Below, piece by piece: positions 31,905-39,816 of a stretch of DNA of 44,010 nt; the first letter of the stretch is position 1; every line of letters begins with the position of its first letter. The notes below the pieces were generated by a model. That model ran no database searches. It had not been told where the DNA came from and saw only the letters and a program-made list of their open reading frames with translations. The stretch comes from Candidatus Omnitrophica bacterium CG1_02_40_15 (GTDB lineage: Bacteria; Omnitrophota; Gorgyraeia; Gorgyraeales; Gorgyraeaceae): the NCBI GenBank assembly GCA_001871815.1, contig MNVP01000077.1, forward strand, positions 439 to 44,448. The letters run 5' to 3'. Made by a program: the position numbers and the translations under genes.

Positions 31905-32971
31905 TTTGCGCCTCCTTTCTTGTTTTGAAAATCAAATCAGATTTATTTTCATTTATATATTTATCTGTAAAATATGATGATTCGCACATAGCTTTTACTG
32001 GTTTAAGAGCCCTGTTTTCAAGGAGCTGGGCAGCCGGGCATATTGAACATACTGCTATCAGCTTACATTTATTACACTTATAAATATCCTTGAGTTTAAT
32101 TTCCCGCCATTGTTTTAACACGCTTGAATTATGCCACAAATCTTTAAAAGAAGCCTTAAGTAAACTGCCTGCGCTTACCTGAGATAAGATACAAGGCATT
32201 AGCTCGCCATACGGGTTTATTCCAAAAGTATTATGCGCGGCGCTGCAAGCGCTTAGTTCAAGCATGTCACCTTTGCCTCTGGCAAATTTATTATTTTTCA
32301 TTTTCGTAAACGCGCCATCTTTGTTCATAAACGCCATATAATTAGAAAAATCTTTCCCGGAGATACTCATATGTCTATTTTTTTTACTTCCATCTCTCAT
32401 AGGAATTATTATATGGCCAAAAAAACAATTCGTTACATCAAGCCCTTCTGCGAGTTTTTGTATCTCTCTATAAAAATTGAAAGTATCTTTAAAAAGGGTT
32501 ACCTTAAGAATAACCGGGATCTTATAACTGCGTAAAAATCGTATAGCGTTAATCAAGGCGTTAAAAGACCCTTTTACGCCTGTAATTTTATCATGCAGAT
32601 CAGGGGTGGGGCCGTAAATACTCATATCTACGCTTCTTATATTATACCTTTTCAGCCTTTTTGCCGTTTGTGAATACTGATATGAGAAATTTTTCACGAT
32701 GGCTAGCCTCAAAAATATCAAATATATCCCGGCGCATAAACATTTCTCCGCCTGTAAAAGATATAACAAAAGTTCCGTTATGGGCGATATCTTTCAAAAT
32801 ATTTTTTATTTGTCCGGCATTAAGAGGCTGGGAACAATGATCAGCATTAAAACAGTGGCGGCATCGCAAATTGCACTTATATGTCAGCTCAAATATGCAT
32901 CTTATCGGGAAATTCTGCTTGTCGCATTTTTCCATCAAACTTCTATATATAGTGTCCGGCGCGTTTCTCAT
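31849..32971 (-). pseudogene. Radical SAM / SPASM-domain peptide maturase, split by a +1/-1 frameshift
   Basis: Two overlapping ORFs (32642-32971 and 31849-32769). The N-terminal part has CNLRCRHC (CxxxCxxC), FTGGE and VFTNG. The C-terminal part has VDMSIYG..., C-x12-G-x4-C (CSAAHNTFGINPYGELMPC) and C-x2-C-x5-C-x2-C (CNKCKLIAVCSIC). The frames switch at the T5 run 32658-32662. Confidence 0.8.
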
Positions 32972-32972
32972 A

Positions 32973-33245
32973 TTATTTTATGAATAACAGTTTGGCATTG
33001 CTCATTTCTTTTATAAAAGATTCCATATCCCTTTTCACTATTGAGCGTTCTATCTTATAATCTCTATAAACAGATGATAAAATACTCTCTATTGAAACTC
33101 ATCTGGCGCAGCTCTTCCAAATCAGCGCAGCGGTTTCATTTAAATGGTGAAACCTGTCATCAAAACTAGAATAGATAAAACATTCCCCATCTAAACTCCT
33201 GAATGGGACAGATGAATTCCGCTTGATAAGTGTTTTATGCTCCAT
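32973..33245 (-). pseudogene. PqqD-like RiPP recognition element with in-frame TGA; absent from ORF track
   Basis: MEHKTLIKRNSSVPFRSLDGECFIYSSFDDRFHHLNETAALIWKSCAR*VSIESILSSVYRDYKIERSIVKRDMESFIKEMSNAKLLFIK. The ATG (33243-33245) overlaps the upstream stop. The TAA (32973-32975) is 1 nt from the rSAM ATG. TGA at 33099-33101. Confidence 0.65.
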
Positions 33246-34071
33246 GCGTGCATATCCTGTCTAAATACAATGTTTTATTTTTTGAAAACCCCAGGATAAA
33301 ACTTGGAATTGTCTTAGCAATCCCGCAACAGTTCTTGAATATTTCGTTTCTATTTGGGTGAGGATATCCTATGCCTAATCCATGCGCATTCTGTATTAAT
33401 TTTTTCAAAGCCATTTGCATGGGCGCTGGATTGATTGTATTGTTGAAACGATTTTTTCTAAGAGAGAATATATTTTCAGCCCGGACCTTCACGTTGCAAT
33501 TTAATCCTTGATAAAAAGGCGGCCGTAAAGGCGCGCTGTAAAGGCAGTAATTGGCCCCGCCATCCTGCCTTAATAAAGCCAAATCATCATGTAAAATTGT
33601 ATAAGCCGGCGGAAGGACCTTCACTACTGTTGATTTTCCATCGCCAGATGAGCCTATGAATAATATGCCCTTATCTTTGAACATAACGCTTGAGGCATGT
33701 ATAGCAATGCCATTATAGAACGGCAAAATAAATTTATAAATTTCTCTTAGCGAAAAATGAATAAAATTAACCATCTTTTTACCGCCGCTATTTAAAAAAA
33801 TACAGCCTGTTTTAACCCTCATGTCAAAAAAACATTCCCCTTTCAATCCTACATTTGAATAATATAACGAAGTTGCGTTGCTACAGTGCGCGCTTTTATC
33901 CCGCGTTAATTTCTTTTTTGTCTGGCTAATATTAAGGTATATAACGTCTTTACGTAAATTAGAATCGCAAAATCCTTCAAAATGCGTTTTCAGTCTTTGA
34001 AATATGCCATATTTTTCGCAGGTTATAACGCAGGATATCTCCGCTATATTCAAAGAAAATTTAAGCTTCAT
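33235..34071 (-). CDS. HPr-kinase-C-terminal-like P-loop protein (HprK-related kinase)
   Basis: 278 aa. KGILFIGSSGDGKSTVVKVLPPAYTILHDDLALL matches the HprK C-domain pattern G-x-SG-x-GKS(T/E)...DD. No N-terminal HprK domain. Confidence 0.6.
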   Translation of the reverse strand: MKLKFSLNIAEISCVITCEKYGIFQRLKTHFEGFCDSNLRKDVIYLNISQTKKKLTRDKSAHCSNATSLYYSNVGLKGECFFDMRVKTGCIFLNSGGKKMVNFIHFSLREIYKFILPFYNGIAIHASSVMFKDKGILFIGSSGDGKSTVVKVLPPAYTILHDDLALLRQDGGANYCLYSAPLRPPFYQGLNCNVKVRAENIFSLRKNRFNNTINPAPMQMALKKLIQNAHGLGIGYPHPNRNEIFKNCCGIAKTIPSFILGFSKNKTLYLDRICTHGA

Positions 34072-34163
34072 AATGCCAAGTCGTCCTGTTTTTCTTAGAA
34101 TGATGCACTTCTTATATATAGTTTATCATAAAAATACAGCGAAAGAAATATATTTCTTAGTAA

Positions 34164-35342
<1,179 letters not shown>

Positions 35343-35374
35343 TTATTTTCTCTACTCTTAATGTAAATGACACT

Positions 35375-36379
35375 TTACTTTGTTGCGCACGCTTCTCTTA
35401 AGCACTTACCAGTTATTTCAGGCGATGTAGGATTTATATAGAGGCCTGAACCCCATTCAAAACCAGCTATATTTGTCAATTTAGGCATTATCTCAAGATG
35501 CCAGTGAAATTCTTCATAAACCCCGTCTCTAATAGGCGCAGTGTGAATTATAAAATTATACGCCGGGTCATTTAGCCTTGATTTCAACCTCGCAAGGATT
35601 TCTTTTAATGCGCCTGCCATATCATAAATCGCGGAATCATCTATTGATTTAAATTCAGGACTATGAGATTTTGGCAATAACCATACCTCGAATGGAAAGC
35701 GAGACACAAAAGGGCAAAATGCGATAAAATATTTATTTTCAAATACTATCCTCTCCTTTTCCTGCTGCTCCTGAGCCAGCATATCGCAGAAAACGCATCT
35801 CTCCCTGTATTTAAAATAATTCTGGGCGCCTTTTAGCTCTTCTTTAACCCTCTTTGGCACAATCGGTAGTGCCACAAGCTGAGTATGCGAATGTTCAAGC
35901 GACGCGCCCGCAGATTCCCCGTGATTTTTAAAAAGTAAAATATACCTGAATCTTGTGTCATTTTCCAGATCTATGGTCCTGGATTTATACTTTAATATTA
36001 CATTCCTTATCTCATCCTGCGTCAGGTCAGATAAGTTTTTATAATGATCTGGATTTTCAATTATTACCTCGTGCGCGCCAATACCATTTGACATGTCATA
36101 CATACCTATGCCGCGCTTGTCCAATTCGCCCTCTATCTTTAATGCAGGAAATTTATTAGAAACAACTCTGACTGTCCAGCCTGAGGTGTCGGGCTTTGTC
36201 TTAGAGTCTCTAATAACCTCTATCTCAGGAGGCGTCATCTTTTCGTTTCCCGGACAAAAAGGACATGTTCCGCCTTTTTTAGTCTGCGGCTTTATATCAA
36301 ATTCATCGCATCTTTTTGGATGCGAGACAGCTATTTCCACCCATCTTCCTGTTACTGGATCGCGTCTTAATTGAGACAT
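35375..36379 (-). CDS. GalT-like HIT-family nucleotidyltransferase (hexose-1-P uridylyltransferase / NDP-glucose phosphorylase type), catalytic motif intact
   Basis: MSQLRRDPVTGRWVEI..., zinc knuckle CPFCPGNE, GAHEVIIE, active-site HSHTQ (H-x-H-x-Q) at 35879-35893. ATG 36379 chosen. Confidence 0.85.
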   Translation of the reverse strand: MSQLRRDPVTGRWVEIAVSHPKRCDEFDIKPQTKKGGTCPFCPGNEKMTPPEIEVIRDSKTKPDTSGWTVRVVSNKFPALKIEGELDKRGIGMYDMSNGIGAHEVIIENPDHYKNLSDLTQDEIRNVILKYKSRTIDLENDTRFRYILLFKNHGESAGASLEHSHTQLVALPIVPKRVKEELKGAQNYFKYRERCVFCDMLAQEQQEKERIVFENKYFIAFCPFVSRFPFEVWLLPKSHSPEFKSIDDSAIYDMAGALKEILARLKSRLNDPAYNFIIHTAPIRDGVYEEFHWHLEIMPKLTNIAGFEWGSGLYINPTSPEITGKCLREACATK

Positions 36380-36408
36380 GTTATAATCCTTTGAAAAAAA
36401 TATTTGTC

Positions 36409-36475
36409 GGTGAAAAGTTAAAGGTTGAAGGTTTAGAACAAAAAATCTTATACCTTTCACTTTAAACCTTTCACC
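36409..36475. repeat. Heptamer-periodic hairpin, AGGT/ACCT type, copy b
   Basis: ggtgaaa agttaaa ggttgaa ggtttag aacaaaaaatcttat acctttc actttaa acctttc acc. Lies between the two GalT-like genes. Confidence 0.72.
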
Positions 36476-36492
36476 AAATTATATACTAATCT

Positions 36493-37521
36493 TTATATGC
36501 TGACCTCTTGTAAATATTTCGTCGCTTCTTCCGGAGGAGTAGGATTTATATAAAATCCTGAACCCCACTCAAAACCAGCCACCTGAGTAACTCTAGGCAT
36601 AACCTCTATATGCCAGTGATAATCTTCTTCTATTGTATGCCAGTAACCTGGCCTCTTTGTCCGCCTGAAAGGGGCTGTATGCAGCATATAATTATACGGC
36701 GGATCATTCAATACCCTTGAAAGCTTGGCAAATACTGTCTTTAAAACATTTGCCAGATCTTTTATTTCATCACCCTGTATATTCATAAAATCTGTCCTGT
36801 GGATTTTAGGCATTATCCATATCTCAAAAGGAAACCTTGAGGCAAAAGGCGCGATTGCCACAATGGTTTTTGTCTCCATTATGATCCTTGCGCCTGTTTC
36901 TATTTCCTGGCGTATAATGTCGCAGAAAATACACCTTTCTTTATATTCGAAATAAAACATGGAACCCCTGAGTTCCTCTTTGACTCTTGTAGGCGTAACA
37001 GGCGTTGCGATAAGCTGAGACCTCATGTGTTTTGTTTTGCGGCTGCCGCCTGCCTTTAACCCATGATTCTTAAATAAAAGGCAATATTTAAAACGAATGT
37101 CTTTTTCGAGTTCGCTGATGCGGTAGATAGAAGCATTAATTACATCTTGTATTTCAAGCTCTGATAACTGATATATATCAGTAAGGTGATTAGGGGACTC
37201 TACCAGCACTTCATGGGCGCCTATATTGTTCATAACATCATACATCCCGACTCCGCGCCTCTCAAGCTCCCCTTCTATCTTGAATTTCGGAGCTATGCTG
37301 GGAACAACCCTCACGCTCCAACCTGGAGTATCTTTTTTTGTGCCTGGTTTTCTTATTGCAAATATTTCCGTAGGCGTCTTCTTCTCATGGCCTTCGCAAA
37401 AAGGGCATTCCATCTCAGGCTCATCCGCATGCTTGATATTAAAATCGTTCGGCCTTTTAGCCCTCTCAGTAGATATTATAACCCATCTTCCTATTACAGG
37501 ATCTCGTCTTAATTCTGGCAT
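36493..37521 (-). CDS. GalT-like HIT-family paralogue with the nucleophilic His replaced (H-M-R-S-Q)
   Basis: MPELRRDPVIGRWVII..., CPFCEGHE, GAHEVLVE. The active-site position reads KHMRSQ (codons 37015-37029; Arg167 = AGG at 37021-23) where the paralogue has HSHTQ. Confidence 0.8.
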   Translation of the reverse strand: MPELRRDPVIGRWVIISTERAKRPNDFNIKHADEPEMECPFCEGHEKKTPTEIFAIRKPGTKKDTPGWSVRVVPSIAPKFKIEGELERRGVGMYDVMNNIGAHEVLVESPNHLTDIYQLSELEIQDVINASIYRISELEKDIRFKYCLLFKNHGLKAGGSRKTKHMRSQLIATPVTPTRVKEELRGSMFYFEYKERCIFCDIIRQEIETGARIIMETKTIVAIAPFASRFPFEIWIMPKIHRTDFMNIQGDEIKDLANVLKTVFAKLSRVLNDPPYNYMLHTAPFRRTKRPGYWHTIEEDYHWHIEVMPRVTQVAGFEWGSGFYINPTPPEEATKYLQEVSI

Positions 37522-37536
37522 ATGGGATGAATTATA

Positions 37537-38496
37537 TCATAAAAAATTATCCACGCAAGGAAAATTTTTGTGCCCAACTATAAATTCTTTCGTAGTCATT
37601 CTTCGCGAACCCTCTAATTGAAGCTCTTCTATTTTTAAAGCCCCTTTTCCTGTTTTAACCAGTATGCCATTTTTATTAATTTCCAATATGGCGCCGGGCT
37701 CACTTTTGGCCCACCTGTCAGGTGAACCAGATGGCTCATCTGACAGGTGGACAGGTATTGCCTTATATATTTTAAGTATTTTTTTATCCAAATGCGTAAA
37801 ACACCCCGGCCATGGCGCAAAAGCCCTGATTCTATTGCAAATTTCATCAGCGCTATTAGCCCAGTTAATCAGGCCATCTTCTTTTTTTAATTTAGGCGCA
37901 TAAGTTGCCTTATTATGATCCTGCACTATAAATTTAACCTCATTGTCCCTTATTAACCTTATGGCATCCAATAAAATATTTGCGCCTTTTATGGAAAGTT
38001 TTTCCGATAATGTAACAGCATTATCCTGTTCACTTACAGGCAATATTTTTTTAAGAATGACATCCCCTTCATCCAGTTTTTCATTCATGCGCATAATGGT
38101 TACGCCTGTCTCTTTTTCTCCGTTCGCAATAGCCCAGTTTATAGGGGCTGCCCCTCTATATTTTGGTAGAAGCGAGGCATGGATATTCAGGCAATATAAT
38201 TTTGGTAAACTCAATACTGGTTTCGAAAGCATCTGGCCAAAGCTTACTACGATAAATAAATCCGCGTTAAACTTTTTCAGGAATTCTATGGATTCCTTAG
38301 AATTTACTTTGACAGGTTGAAATATCTTAATCCCGAGTTCTCCGGCTTTTAATTTTACCGCTGTAGGCGCTATTTTAAGAGACCTGCCCTTTTGCCTGTC
38401 TGGCTGTGTAATAACCAGAACAATATTCTCGTTCTTAGCAAGTTCCCCTAATATAGGTACAGCAAAATTTGAGCTGCCGAAAAATACTATTTTCAT
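37537..38496 (-). CDS. fmt: Methionyl-tRNA formyltransferase
   Basis: 319 aa. MKIVFFGSSNFAVPIL..., NIHASLLPKYRGAAPINWAI (SLLP motif). Follows def. Confidence 0.95.
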   Translation of the reverse strand: MKIVFFGSSNFAVPILGELAKNENIVLVITQPDRQKGRSLKIAPTAVKLKAGELGIKIFQPVKVNSKESIEFLKKFNADLFIVVSFGQMLSKPVLSLPKLYCLNIHASLLPKYRGAAPINWAIANGEKETGVTIMRMNEKLDEGDVILKKILPVSEQDNAVTLSEKLSIKGANILLDAIRLIRDNEVKFIVQDHNKATYAPKLKKEDGLINWANSADEICNRIRAFAPWPGCFTHLDKKILKIYKAIPVHLSDEPSGSPDRWAKSEPGAILEINKNGILVKTGKGALKIEELQLEGSRRMTTKEFIVGHKNFPCVDNFL

Positions 38497-38501
38497 AATT
38501 T

Positions 38502-38580
38502 AGCTATAAGTTATAAGCTTTAAGTTTTAAGCATTTAACATCCATAAATCTTACAGCTTATAGCTTAAAGCTTACAGCTG
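38502..38580. repeat. Heptamer-periodic hairpin, AGCT type, copy d
   Basis: agctata agttata agcttta agtttta agcattt aacatcc ataaatc ttac agcttat agcttaa agcttac agctg. Fills the def-fmt spacer. Confidence 0.78.
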
Positions 38581-38582
38581 TA

Positions 38583-39086
38583 TTACAACTCCATGCAGAC
38601 CTTTGCGCCAAACTGCTTGATAATCTTCTTGCGCCTCAAGAATCCAATTCTATCTATAAAAAGTATTCCGTCCAGATGATCCGTTTCGTGCTGTATTATC
38701 CTGGCAAGAAGGCCTTCTGCGTTTATCTTAAACATATCTCCGTCAAGATTAAGCGCCTCTACTGTAATAAACTCAGGCCTTACAACATCGCTGGAAACGC
38801 CTGGCAAACTCAAACAGCCTTCGCAAAACTTTACCTTTCCTTTTTTCTGGGTTATCTTAGGATTAATTAAGGTCAGGGCAATCTTATTGTCTCCAACCAT
38901 ATCTTCTACGACTATAATGCGCTTACTAATGCCTACCTGAGGAGCTGCCAGGCCAACCCCACTAGCAGAGCGCATTGTCTCTATCATATCATAAGCGAGC
39001 TTGCGCTCATCATTGCCTGCTTTTTCCGCCTGCCTGGCTTTTTTCCGCAACACCGGATCTGGATATATTTTTATTTCTAATAGCAT
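38583..39086 (-). CDS. def: Peptide deformylase
   Basis: 167 aa. GVGLAAPQVG, EGCLSLPG and HETDHLDG are the three deformylase motifs. Confidence 0.96.
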   Translation of the reverse strand: MLLEIKIYPDPVLRKKARQAEKAGNDERKLAYDMIETMRSASGVGLAAPQVGISKRIIVVEDMVGDNKIALTLINPKITQKKGKVKFCEGCLSLPGVSSDVVRPEFITVEALNLDGDMFKINAEGLLARIIQHETDHLDGILFIDRIGFLRRKKIIKQFGAKVCMEL

Positions 39087-39206
39087 AGAAATTATTTTAG
39101 CATATATCTCATATTTTAATCTATAAGAAAATTAAATAACTATCTATACAAGATCTTTCGTCGCTCCACTCCTCAAGATCAATAAAATCTACTTCAGCAG
39201 ATTTTA

Positions 39207-39235
39207 TTGACAATCATATAACCTTAATGTAGAAT
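39207..39235 (+). promoter_or_regulatory. Sigma-70-type promoter for the TPR gene (very short or absent leader)
   Basis: TTGACA (39207-39212), 17-nt spacer, TAGAAT (39230-39235). Only 8 nt (tatatcat) separate it from ATG 39244, with no SD. Confidence 0.55.
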
Positions 39236-39243
39236 TATATCAT

Positions 39244-39816
39244 ATGGATGAAAAAGAATTAAAAGAATACTATGCTAAGGGTATGCTGGCATTTGAAAAA
39301 GAGAATTACGATTATGCCATTGAGATATTTTCTCAGATGATATCAGCCCAATACGACAACATGGAAGCCAGGCACTATCTGCACCTTTCGCTTCAAAAAA
39401 AAGCGAAAGGCTCCAAGCTTTCTATCGCCAGTTCAGTAAATAAATTTTTTATTTCAATGCAGGCTAAAGGCATGTTGAAAAAAGGCAACATACCAGGGTG
39501 CCTTGAGTTACTTGAAAAGATAATAGCGTCTAACCCCAACGATTTTGAAACATTAAAAAATATCGCTGATATATTTTATAAAAAAGGGATGCTGCTCCAC
39601 GCAATAAATAATCTGGAAGAGGCGAAATTGGCGAATCCAAAAGATATGGACACACTTAAAAAACTTGGAGAGCTATACGTGAAAAAAGAAGACTATCGCA
39701 ATGCTAAAGCAACTTACGAATCAGCGCTTAAAATAAACCCCAACGACACAGAAGTCCTGAAATCTTTCAAGAACCTTGATGCCCTCGGAACTCTCAAACG
39801 CGAATTCGGAAGCTAA
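39244..39816 (+). CDS. TPR-repeat protein
   Basis: 190 aa. Repeated 34-residue A/Y/L/N-P patterns (e.g. YDYAIEIFSQMI, LELLEKIIASNPND, NAKATYESALKINPND). The only plus-strand gene. Its stop overlaps the priA stop convergently. Confidence 0.75.
   Translation: MDEKELKEYYAKGMLAFEKENYDYAIEIFSQMISAQYDNMEARHYLHLSLQKKAKGSKLSIASSVNKFFISMQAKGMLKKGNIPGCLELLEKIIASNPNDFETLKNIADIFYKKGMLLHAINNLEEAKLANPKDMDTLKKLGELYVKKEDYRNAKATYESALKINPNDTEVLKSFKNLDALGTLKREFGS

Noticed and set aside
33099-33101. Genome-wide UGA reassignment (code 4 or code 25) or selenocysteine as the explanation for the in-frame TGA in the PqqD-like gene.
   Set aside because: TGA terminates many well-delimited genes in this window at the expected protein ends (apt, PHP, DgkA-PAP2, LysM, hisS, IHF/HU, glgA, DUF2934, fmt, xer, MBL). 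I saw no obvious SECIS-like hairpin directly 3' of the codon, and Sec has no precedent in PqqD domains. It is kept only as a low-probability alternative.
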